64,000 nt of DNA from assembly GCA_022180565.1 (NCBI GenBank), contig BQML01000006.1:2504-66503 (forward strand), written 5' to 3'. Position 1 is the stretch's first letter, and each line of letters starts with the position of its first letter. The notes under the pieces were generated by a model, which saw only the letters and a list, made by a program, of their open reading frames with translations, did not search any database and was not told where the DNA came from. The stretch comes from Bacteroidia bacterium (GTDB lineage Bacteria; Bacteroidota; Ignavibacteria; UBA10030). Of the stretch, positions 39,100 to 47,295 are shown piece by piece. The position numbers and the translations under genes are program-made.

Positions 39100-40980
39100 T
39101 CATGAATGCCCGGATGTCCGTGCCGGCATCCGCCACATGTAATGAGGATCGATGAAGGGCTCGTCGTCCCTGTGCCGCTCCATGAGCGCTATCTTCCTGG
39201 CCAGGAGATCACCGAAATTGGTGCCGTACATGTGCAGGGACTCTCCTGTACGGGCGATCGGAATGAACTCCACTGAACTGGTATTCCACAGATCGAGAAG
39301 GTCCTTGGTATTCGCGAGCTCACGGTCGATCATTTCCCGAACGACTTCCCTGTATTGTTCCTTTTCCCGGAGGGCTTTCGCTTGCCGGTATCCGTGCACA
39401 CCTTCGATCCATGCCGTCACATTTCTCAGCGTCGTGTAAAATGCGTGCGCCGCTCTGATGCGGACTTCAAGGTCCTCGAAGACATTCCCCGCCTCTTTTT
39501 CCACATCCTTCTGAAGGGAATTCAAAATGGACCGCAAGGGCGGAAGAACCTTTGCATCGATGGTTCTCTTTTTCGCGCGGGCTTCCCGGACCGTCAGAAA
39601 ATTCCACATCATATCGTTGTTCAAATCGACGCGTGTGGGATTATTGAATGTGGCGATGAGATAACGCTCATAGTACGCTCGTTCCGCCTCGGGGATTGCG
39701 TCAATATTGGGTACAAAAGGGCGTACCCACAACCGGAACCACGGGAACCCAAATGTGCTGTACGGAATTCCGGGCGGACAGGCTCTGACTGCCTTGTCTG
39801 CAAGTTTCCAGTATCCCACCAGAAGACTTGCCTTGTCCAGACCCGCCCACTGCACCGCGGTGTTCTGGAGAATGTCTTCGAGAGCGACAGCCCCTTGCTG
39901 CTGGATCGCCTTCAACACTTCGGCGTTGATATCGAACGGTGCAATTGTCCGCGGGGTGGTTGCGGTGAGGATCCACCGGTCCCCGCGGCGAAGAACGTCC
40001 ATCAGCCGGTCATACACAAGGGCGGGGAACGGAAGACCCGGAATGTTATTGTCTGCAACATCCACTTTTCGATGATTCCAGGCCCCGACCTTACGAAGCA
40101 TCCGCTCCTCGTCGCGCCAAGCCGGGCCCTCGAAGTACCCGAATGAGCCCGCATCAATCCCTCCGCCCAAGCCGCGCACAATGTACCGACGCTCTTTGTA
40201 AAACGGTCCGAGATCGCAAATGATCCTGAACTCGGGATTGCGCGCCCTACCTTCATCGAAGAGAAGCCGGTAGTACGTCAGCACATTCTCCGCCGCTTTG
40301 AGTTCAATTTCCTCATCGCTCTTCCACTCGCGAATCAGATACGGCCCTCCGTTTCTGCCTGCATAGAGCGATGAGGTGAACTCAAAGCCCGCCCCGCTGT
40401 CGTTCGTCCAGACATGGATGAATCCGATGTCGGGCACTTCGTTCAGAAGATTTCTCATGAGTTCCCGATAGTGCTGCTGAACAACCGGATGAGCCATAGC
40501 TAATGTGTAACGGGGGAGAAAACTCTCGCGCGGATGGTCGACGCGCGCGCCGCGCAGGTACGGATACTTCTGCCAGAACTCCTCGGGCATCGACCGTGGA
40601 GAGTTGATGTGAAGGCCGGGAACAAGCCCAAATCTCCGCGCAAGCTCCGCATTGCGCTTCAGCGTTTCAAGATTCTTCTGCAGGTACTCCTTGGGATAGA
40701 ATCCTTTAATCAACGAGCTGTCGACAAACTGATCAAGGTCGGGACTGTAGTCGTAGAACCAGAAATACACGTCTCCCGGAGGGCCCGATTCATGCGGAAG
40801 GTCCGTTCCGAGTCCGTTGATCGTCACATGGGTGAAGGCTTGTTCCGCAAGCTGCCTCATGTAATCCTCGGCATCGAACTTCCTTGCACGGCGAAGACTC
40901 CCAACCAGATAATCACTCAGGTTCCTCATCCAGAGGAACGGTCGTTCGACCGAGATGCGCCGGGCCGGCTTGCGTCCCAT
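39100..40980 (-). CDS. Hypothetical protein (possible TIM-barrel + helical glycosidase-like)
   Basis: Long ORF, TGATG-coupled to the MetE-like gene. RVDHP and TNDSGAG motifs; no family recognised. Confidence 0.6.
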   Translation of the reverse strand: MGRKPARRISVERPFLWMRNLSDYLVGSLRRARKFDAEDYMRQLAEQAFTHVTINGLGTDLPHESGPPGDVYFWFYDYSPDLDQFVDSSLIKGFYPKEYLQKNLETLKRNAELARRFGLVPGLHINSPRSMPEEFWQKYPYLRGARVDHPRESFLPRYTLAMAHPVVQQHYRELMRNLLNEVPDIGFIHVWTNDSGAGFEFTSSLYAGRNGGPYLIREWKSDEEIELKAAENVLTYYRLLFDEGRARNPEFRIICDLGPFYKERRYIVRGLGGGIDAGSFGYFEGPAWRDEERMLRKVGAWNHRKVDVADNNIPGLPFPALVYDRLMDVLRRGDRWILTATTPRTIAPFDINAEVLKAIQQQGAVALEDILQNTAVQWAGLDKASLLVGYWKLADKAVRACPPGIPYSTFGFPWFRLWVRPFVPNIDAIPEAERAYYERYLIATFNNPTRVDLNNDMMWNFLTVREARAKKRTIDAKVLPPLRSILNSLQKDVEKEAGNVFEDLEVRIRAAHAFYTTLRNVTAWIEGVHGYRQAKALREKEQYREVVREMIDRELANTKDLLDLWNTSSVEFIPIARTGESLHMYGTNFGDLLARKIALMERHRDDEPFIDPHYMWRMPARTSGHS

Positions 40981-42053
40981 CACTCCGCTCCCAGCTCTCG
41001 CCGCACGATGCGCGTCCCCGCAACCATCGCCTTGAGTTTCCCATACGCCCGCGCACGCGGCATGAATTTCATTCCGCAATCGGGTACAATGCACATTCGC
41101 TCGGCCGGGATATATTTCAAAGCCTGACGGATCCTCGCCGCAACGATCTCCGGCGTCTCAACTTCCTTTGATTTCACGTCAATCACCCCCACCCCCACTT
41201 CCTTGTCCGTTTTGTACTGCCGAAAAAGCTCCAATCCGACACCATCCGAGACGGCAAATTCCAAACAGATCTGGTCCGCATTGGCATCCAGAATGGCAGG
41301 AAATAGCTCGGCATACTGACCCTTGAAGAGCTTCTTCAGCTGATAGTTTCCATAGCAGACGTGAAGCCCGATCTTCGCATCGACTCCTGCCACCAGCCTG
41401 TTAAACGATTCCACAAGCCAAGGCATGTCCTGAGGGTATCCCACCCACACAGGTTCGTCAATCTGAATGAAATCGCACCCTGCCGCCACAAGGCCGCGGA
41501 GTTCCTTGTTCAGAATCTCCGCCAGATCGAATACGAGGGCTTTGTCGTCTTTATAATATTCATCCGTGGCCCGTTTTGCCAGCATATGAGGACCGGTGAC
41601 GCAGACTTTCGTCCGCGCTACGGCGTATTCCTTCAGAAAACGAAAATGCACATCCATGTTGAGACTTTCCTTCCACCGCACTTTGTCATAAATCACCGGA
41701 TCGGGCATCTGGATGCTCGGATCGAGATTTCCGATGGGATGCATTTTCGCGTGCTCGAAATCGAACCCATGGATGCGTTTTGAAAAGAAGTACACCATCG
41801 TTTCGCGGCGGATTTCGCCATCCGTGATCACATCGACGCCGGCCATTTCCTGATCCTTGATGACCGACTTTACTGCATTGTCGTGTGCCTCTTCGACTTC
41901 CCCCGCCGTCAATGTCCCGTTCGCCCCCAGGACACGAACTTGGTCGAGCCATTTGGGAAAAGAATAACTGCCGATAACACTGGTGGGGAGCAAAGGAAGA
42001 TCATGACGGTGCAGTTTTGGCGCCAAGAGAGATATACGCTTTTTTGTTGACAT
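40980..42053 (-). CDS. Cobalamin-independent methionine synthase II family protein (catalytic domain only)
   Basis: IGSY, DVITDGE.RR, IQIDEP, LHVCYGN, LE, GVIDV and PDCG (H/C/E/C Zn ligands). 357 aa, no N-terminal folate barrel. Confidence 0.88.
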   Translation of the reverse strand: MSTKKRISLLAPKLHRHDLPLLPTSVIGSYSFPKWLDQVRVLGANGTLTAGEVEEAHDNAVKSVIKDQEMAGVDVITDGEIRRETMVYFFSKRIHGFDFEHAKMHPIGNLDPSIQMPDPVIYDKVRWKESLNMDVHFRFLKEYAVARTKVCVTGPHMLAKRATDEYYKDDKALVFDLAEILNKELRGLVAAGCDFIQIDEPVWVGYPQDMPWLVESFNRLVAGVDAKIGLHVCYGNYQLKKLFKGQYAELFPAILDANADQICLEFAVSDGVGLELFRQYKTDKEVGVGVIDVKSKEVETPEIVAARIRQALKYIPAERMCIVPDCGMKFMPRARAYGKLKAMVAGTRIVRRELGAE

Positions 42054-42192
42054 GGAAGGATTGATGAAGGTGAAAGAATGAATGAGTCAGTCCCTGGCGG
42101 ACCAGAGAGGTTATGCACAGTTTGTCATTCTGAATGAATTCAACGTACTACATTTTGCACGGCGCTCAGAACACTATCGAACGTCAGATATC

Positions 42193-42210
42193 CACGATCG
42201 AACGATCGTG
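42193..42210. other. Perfect inverted repeat CACGATCG-AA-CGATCGTG just after the lyase stop
   Basis: 8-bp arms, no U-tract; function unknown. Confidence 0.4.
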
Positions 42211-42213
42211 CTC

Positions 42214-45200
42214 CTAGCGGAAGACCAAAATTCCCATCGACCCCATGTCCCACCAGCTTTGATTGGCCGTATAACCGGCCCAAATGTGGATATTTTTCCG
42301 ATAGGTCGTTCCGTCATTATCGTTGATTGCAACATCGAATCCGATTTTTGAACCGGGACGAATCAAATCGTGCGGAAGATTCTTCAACGGAAATCGGCAG
42401 ATCAGCACGTACCCGGAATCGGTTCTCGTAAAGAACGTCTCTGCGTTCGGTACCAGAAGCGGCTTCGGGATCAGCGGCCCGCCTGCCCCTGCACCCTGCC
42501 AGCGCTCTTTCGGAAACTCCGTTTTTCGAAACTCCGCGAGGGAAAGATGCCTGTACAAACCGGGCGTTGGCGGGTCGCTCCCCTGATCCTCTCCCATCCT
42601 CGTATCCAACACGACTTCCATGCAATCTGTATCCCAGGGATAACTCATCGCAGGAAAATTCCAGTTGGTCACAGTAACCTGGTCCTTCACGTCTGCCCCG
42701 ACGTACAAATATTCCCTGTCGTACATCACATAAACCTGCGCCGACAAATCCAAGGGGCCGCCCCATGGCTGATTGCCCAACAAAAGCTTGTGAACCTGCG
42801 TCGGCAAATCAATGGTCATGGGCACAGAGCAGTTCCATCCCCGCCAAGTCCCGTCAAGAGCGGGTGGCTCGTTGGCCAAATGCGCAATTCCGGCATACAG
42901 GTCCTGCTCAACCACGGTCGAGAATTCGCCGGCAGAAACCGAGATCCTCACCGGATAAAATTGATTCTTTTCCGACCAACCGGACAAACGTACGGGGATC
43001 TCAATCTTCTTCGTTTCGTGGGGACCCAACAAAAGGTCATGCCTCGAGTCGCCTTCGATTGTCCAGGCGCGATGAGCATCAACAGCCAGACGGGCGGAAA
43101 TGGGCTCCGCCGTGTGGTTCGTCGCCTTCAGAACGAATCTCAGCGGACTGCCGTTCGGAACCCTCAATTCGACGGTCAGAGGAGGAGACACAGTGAACCG
43201 GAGTCTTTCAGAGATATTGCCAAATCCAATTTCCGCCTCAGAATTTACCGGCGGAGCGTCGTGAGGAACGGAAACTTCGAGGCTCGCGTTCTTGTGTTCC
43301 CCGGGTGCAAGTGTTATGAGGCCTGAACGCCTTCCGGAAAGCCAGCGATGATCGACAGGAAAGATTGCGGGAGAGATGATCCTTCGCACAGTACCCTTAT
43401 TCAGAGGAAGCAGATTCACGACTCCTCCCCACCATTCCATTTGACTTCTGACACGTTCGTCCCAATCGTCCTGCAAGCGGATGGTGAGGGCTCCCTGAAC
43501 AGTATCCTTTGTCGGGTTCCATAGGCTCACAGGAATCGCGTTCGTTCTTCCCTGAAAGAGATTCTTCCCGGCCGCTGAAAGATCCAGCACGGGCGTTTCC
43601 GTCTGCCGCAGAACGGCATAACCGTTATCAATCTTCACCCGCGAGGCCGTGCCATTCAAGATAACCTCCGTCGCACCCTGCACAAGGATTCTCAAGGAAA
43701 CAAAATCCGCCTCTGTGTTGACGATCAGCCGGCTATCCTCCCAACGGCATTCGACGGAAGGAAGCGTGATATCCGATGCTACAATCGGTATGTTCCCCCG
43801 CCTGATTTCTTTCACATTGAATCCCGCCGCAAGTGCAACGGCTTCGTTCTGCACCCGGAGAATGGAATATCGGGACTCCCGGACGTCCGCGAAGATTCTG
43901 TCCGTTCCCGCACGATGAACGACTTCATAGGTATCCTCCGCCGGTTTGAGGACCGTTTTCACAAAGGGGACATCCGCATAGGCGTGCAACACATGTGCAA
44001 AACGAGTCGTGTCAGCGAACCGCCTGCTGATCAGGATCGCCATGGGTTTCGGCTCACTCACCATTTGTTTGTAGAACCCGCCGATGGTGGGCGCAATGGC
44101 TTGAAAGAGCCGCGTCCCCTCCTCTGGAATCGCATGTACCATGAGACATTCGTTGCGGACTGAAAACACTCCCGACCAGGACCCGTCTGCCTGAGCGGAG
44201 CGGATCTCTCGAAGCTGGTCGTAGCCGGGAATCCCCGGTTCGTGTCCGAACAGATCATGCGGCTCCGCCTTGAGATGCACACCGGAGAGTTCGAGCGATC
44301 CGAAACTCTGCAGAGGCCAATCGATGATCCTCTTGTCTGGACCTTCGATATCCACAAGATCCAGAAAATACTCTCCCACCTGGATCAGTGTGCGGCGAAT
44401 GAGCGAGCCCGGATAAACGCTCGCTGAAGCTCCTGAAGCGATTTGTACGGACGGCAATGCATCGAAGAAGACTCCGTACCCGTTTGTCCAGGTCTGGCTT
44501 GTCTGATCCAGAACCGGAGTCACATGGGCAACGGTCTGACGGTACCAGAGTTGGAGGTTTGGATTGAAGTAGGATTCGTTCAGCGGATCGACGATCCAGT
44601 TTCTCCCCCTGGCATAGTAACCAATCTGAAGTCTGTCGGGATGGCCGTGTTCGCCGCCCATGATGCCGTAATCGAGATACAGCAGGCGTGCGTCACGGCC
44701 CATGCCGTTCCGGAGCGCCGCAAATCCGTTTCCCTTCAGGTTGACACTGTGCTCCGGAATAAACGTGACAGATGAGGGCGGAAGTTCGGGGATCAGGTTG
44801 AAGATGGTTACAGGCGACTGCGCTTCTTCACGCCCGGAGGTTTCACCCACGACCTGCGTGCCGCGGAGAACGTTGGTCTTGTTGAGAAGAGCCAGATACT
44901 TCGGGTCGCGATACTCCGCATACCCCACCTCATAGTACGGGGCATATTCAAGAATATTTCCTCCGCCGCTATCCTTCATTCGCGGAAACTCATAATTCGG
45001 CAGAATGATTTCGAACGGCGCATCGAACATGCTTTTCATCGACCGGCCAGCGACCTGGACGCGGTACAGGTCGATGCCGTTGTGCCGGGCCATTTCGGCC
45101 AAGTGAATCATGCCGCGGAGCGCCACGAAATGGTACCCCGACCACTCGGGCCAGAAGCCGCTCTCGGGAAGCGCCGAGCCCAACTGCCAGAAGAAGCCGT

Positions 45201-45999
45201 ACTTCCCATGGAGAGCAAAATCGATCAGTTCCTGATCGTTATAGAGGAATCCCACCGCGGCCGAGACGTTGTTGTACCATAACTGGCGGTTGGAGGCGGA
45301 CTCCGGAAATTGCTGAGTGATTTTGGCAAGCGGATAGAAGAGCTTTTCCTTTATCTTCTTGCGTTCTGCGGCAGTAAATTTCGCGTACGGAGAGAGAAGA
45401 TCGTATCCGTACGCCATGTCCACGCCCCAGAACGACTCCGAGAGTGTTCCGAAAAAAACATGGGCCGGTCCGAGGATGGTGTTGGAGGTGGGATAGGAAA
45501 GATAGAGATCGGCGAACTTCGTGAGGATCTTCCGTCCGGCCTCGGCATAGGCGTCGTTCTGGTAGATCTGGTAGAGAATGCCCAGCCAGACAAGCCGGGA
45601 GGCAAGTAATCTGTTGTACCAGCCCGCCCAGGCCATGTCGTACTTGCCGCCGGAATATACCTCCGTACTGTCCTTGCGGCACCGGTGGCGGAACGGTTCG
45701 GTTTCGTCGTAGACGAGCTCCACGTCGTGCTTCGGGCAGGTGTACATCTTGTACTCGTACACCTGTTTGATCGGCGAGACGTACACCGGGCGCTTGATGA
45801 ACTCGTCGCAAACCCGCTTGTGCGATTCGATGATGGAGCGATACCAGGGATGATCGCGAACCCATTCGCGGGCTCGCTCGATATCGGACTTATCCGCGAG
45901 GAGCCTGGGGGAGGCAGGCTGCGCCGCCAGGGGGGGTGGGTGGAAAACTCCAAGCGAACAGAGAAGGATTGTACAGCACCCTCGAATGCGAAGCGTCAA
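42214..45999 (-). CDS. Secreted multidomain PL17-like lyase (toroid + Hepar_II_III) with Ig-like and C-terminal CBM9/DOMON-like domains
   Basis: Signal peptide ...PLAA|Q. SN.Q.W, GFW.E.SGYH and HGHPD.L lyase motifs. PALDG...W, YD.EYLY....V.D, D.MEV..D and GFDVAIND.D CBM9-like motifs. Confidence 0.8.
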   Translation of the reverse strand: MTLRIRGCCTILLCSLGVFHPPPLAAQPASPRLLADKSDIERAREWVRDHPWYRSIIESHKRVCDEFIKRPVYVSPIKQVYEYKMYTCPKHDVELVYDETEPFRHRCRKDSTEVYSGGKYDMAWAGWYNRLLASRLVWLGILYQIYQNDAYAEAGRKILTKFADLYLSYPTSNTILGPAHVFFGTLSESFWGVDMAYGYDLLSPYAKFTAAERKKIKEKLFYPLAKITQQFPESASNRQLWYNNVSAAVGFLYNDQELIDFALHGKYGFFWQLGSALPESGFWPEWSGYHFVALRGMIHLAEMARHNGIDLYRVQVAGRSMKSMFDAPFEIILPNYEFPRMKDSGGGNILEYAPYYEVGYAEYRDPKYLALLNKTNVLRGTQVVGETSGREEAQSPVTIFNLIPELPPSSVTFIPEHSVNLKGNGFAALRNGMGRDARLLYLDYGIMGGEHGHPDRLQIGYYARGRNWIVDPLNESYFNPNLQLWYRQTVAHVTPVLDQTSQTWTNGYGVFFDALPSVQIASGASASVYPGSLIRRTLIQVGEYFLDLVDIEGPDKRIIDWPLQSFGSLELSGVHLKAEPHDLFGHEPGIPGYDQLREIRSAQADGSWSGVFSVRNECLMVHAIPEEGTRLFQAIAPTIGGFYKQMVSEPKPMAILISRRFADTTRFAHVLHAYADVPFVKTVLKPAEDTYEVVHRAGTDRIFADVRESRYSILRVQNEAVALAAGFNVKEIRRGNIPIVASDITLPSVECRWEDSRLIVNTEADFVSLRILVQGATEVILNGTASRVKIDNGYAVLRQTETPVLDLSAAGKNLFQGRTNAIPVSLWNPTKDTVQGALTIRLQDDWDERVRSQMEWWGGVVNLLPLNKGTVRRIISPAIFPVDHRWLSGRRSGLITLAPGEHKNASLEVSVPHDAPPVNSEAEIGFGNISERLRFTVSPPLTVELRVPNGSPLRFVLKATNHTAEPISARLAVDAHRAWTIEGDSRHDLLLGPHETKKIEIPVRLSGWSEKNQFYPVRISVSAGEFSTVVEQDLYAGIAHLANEPPALDGTWRGWNCSVPMTIDLPTQVHKLLLGNQPWGGPLDLSAQVYVMYDREYLYVGADVKDQVTVTNWNFPAMSYPWDTDCMEVVLDTRMGEDQGSDPPTPGLYRHLSLAEFRKTEFPKERWQGAGAGGPLIPKPLLVPNAETFFTRTDSGYVLICRFPLKNLPHDLIRPGSKIGFDVAINDNDGTTYRKNIHIWAGYTANQSWWDMGSMGILVFR

Positions 46000-46159
46000 T
46001 GGGCCACCGTGAAAATGGGTATGAAGTCAGAAGAGGTCCTGGCTCATGGTTCAGGGAGATGGATCGCCGCGAGAATCCCCCGAAGCAGGGAGGGTACATC
46101 GCTGGAGCTGGCGATGCGGAACTGAAGGATTACACCGCTCTTCCCCTGACACGATGAGA

Positions 46160-46186
46160 GGGCGGTCCTGGTTTCCCGGACCGCCC
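46160..46186 (-). terminator. GC-rich hairpin after porV (terminator or mRNA stabiliser)
   Basis: GGGCGGTCC-9nt-GGACCGCCC, extendable with GATGA/TCATC; U-tract poor. Confidence 0.5.
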
Positions 46187-46252
46187 AGTCATCCATTCGT
46201 CGTCGACGAACCTTGTGCCGTGTTCAGCCGACAACCGGCGAAGGCCGGCGTC

Positions 46253-47269
46253 TTACTTCATCGAGAATGCCAGCGTGACGCGATGGGCCGCGTCCAGAAT
46301 GTCCATCGACGTATAGGAATAGTCGACACGGACGCCGTAGCCGGACACCGTGGTGTTGAAGCCGGCGCCCAGCGAGATTCCCTCGACCGTGGTCTTGATG
46401 GCTTCACGGAAGCTCGTTCCGCCGTCATCCACGCCGGAATAGTTCAGCTTGTAGCCGCCGCGCACCGAGATCATGTTCATGAACGTGAACTCGGCTCCGG
46501 TGAAGAAGTACTGCACCCCGTCCTGCGGTTTCACCGCATCCACCGCCACCGTCAGCATATTGTTTTCGTCCGAGTACGGCGAGATCGAGGTGCCGATGCT
46601 GAATGTTAACGGAATGGGAGCGCCGTAGTCGTAGAACTTGAGGTCGCCACCCAGGTTGTTGATGCGTGCACCGACCTTCCAGTTCATCACCCCGATCGAA
46701 TAGACAGATCCGAAGTCGAAAGCGATCGCTGTCGCCGTCTGATCGTCAATTTTCTCGCTGATGAACTTGAACGTTACACCAAGGGAAAGCTGTTCCGTCA
46801 CGTAGCGAGAAAACGACGCCTGAAACAGCAGGTCCATATAGTCGTACGACGATGACGTCTGCTGATCGATCTGCAGGGCCTGCAAGGCCGGGTTGCCCGG
46901 ATACACATCCCGATCCGCCGGTATGCCCGACAGGCCGAACGTCATGACACCAAGGCCTACCGTACCGATGTCACCGAGATTGTACGTCACTGCCGCCGCA
47001 TTCTGCGTGATATCCGCAATCCAGCTGTTGTAGGTGAAGGAAACCTGCAGTTGCTCGTCTGTCAGCCCGATTCCCGCGGGATTCCAGAAGATATTGGCAG
47101 CGTCTCCGATGGTAGCGGTCGTTGCCGACCCAAATCCCACCTGACGTGCGCCGACGCCGACCTTGAGAAAGGCCGCGCCGTTGAGTCCGGCCTTCCGCGT
47201 TTGCGCCCACGATTCCCCCGCGGCGAAAACGATCAGAAGAAGGACAATGGAAAGGCTGATTCGTTTCAT
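46253..47269 (-). CDS. PorV/PorQ family outer-membrane beta-barrel (T9SS shuttle-like)
   Basis: GAAFLKVGVGAR, FWNPAG, GARINNLG, VRGGY, VDYSY and HRVTLAF motifs. Signal peptide from ATG 47269. Confidence 0.88.
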   Translation of the reverse strand: MKRISLSIVLLLIVFAAGESWAQTRKAGLNGAAFLKVGVGARQVGFGSATTATIGDAANIFWNPAGIGLTDEQLQVSFTYNSWIADITQNAAAVTYNLGDIGTVGLGVMTFGLSGIPADRDVYPGNPALQALQIDQQTSSSYDYMDLLFQASFSRYVTEQLSLGVTFKFISEKIDDQTATAIAFDFGSVYSIGVMNWKVGARINNLGGDLKFYDYGAPIPLTFSIGTSISPYSDENNMLTVAVDAVKPQDGVQYFFTGAEFTFMNMISVRGGYKLNYSGVDDGGTSFREAIKTTVEGISLGAGFNTTVSGYGVRVDYSYTSMDILDAAHRVTLAFSMK

Positions 47270-47295
47270 GGGTTCTGTCCTTAAAGAATTGGTTG

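Noticed and set aside
4927-41094. ORF-track N-terminal extensions (starts at 6813, 9844, 12922, 15848, 19080, 25619, 26532, 30887, 38514, 41094)
   Set aside because: They overlap upstream genes. Downstream starts give stop/start coupling, RBSs or signal peptides.
12826-42053. Secondary-metabolite biosynthetic cluster
   Set aside because: No scaffold synthase, glycosyltransferase or nucleotidyltransferase was recognised. Importers and hydrolases point to catabolism.
42054-42213. SAM or SAH riboswitch upstream of the MetE-like gene
   Set aside because: Only AAAUGUAG resembles SAM-II and the partner motifs are missing. A 13-bp palindrome TCATTCTGAATGA (42125-42137) is present but unassigned.
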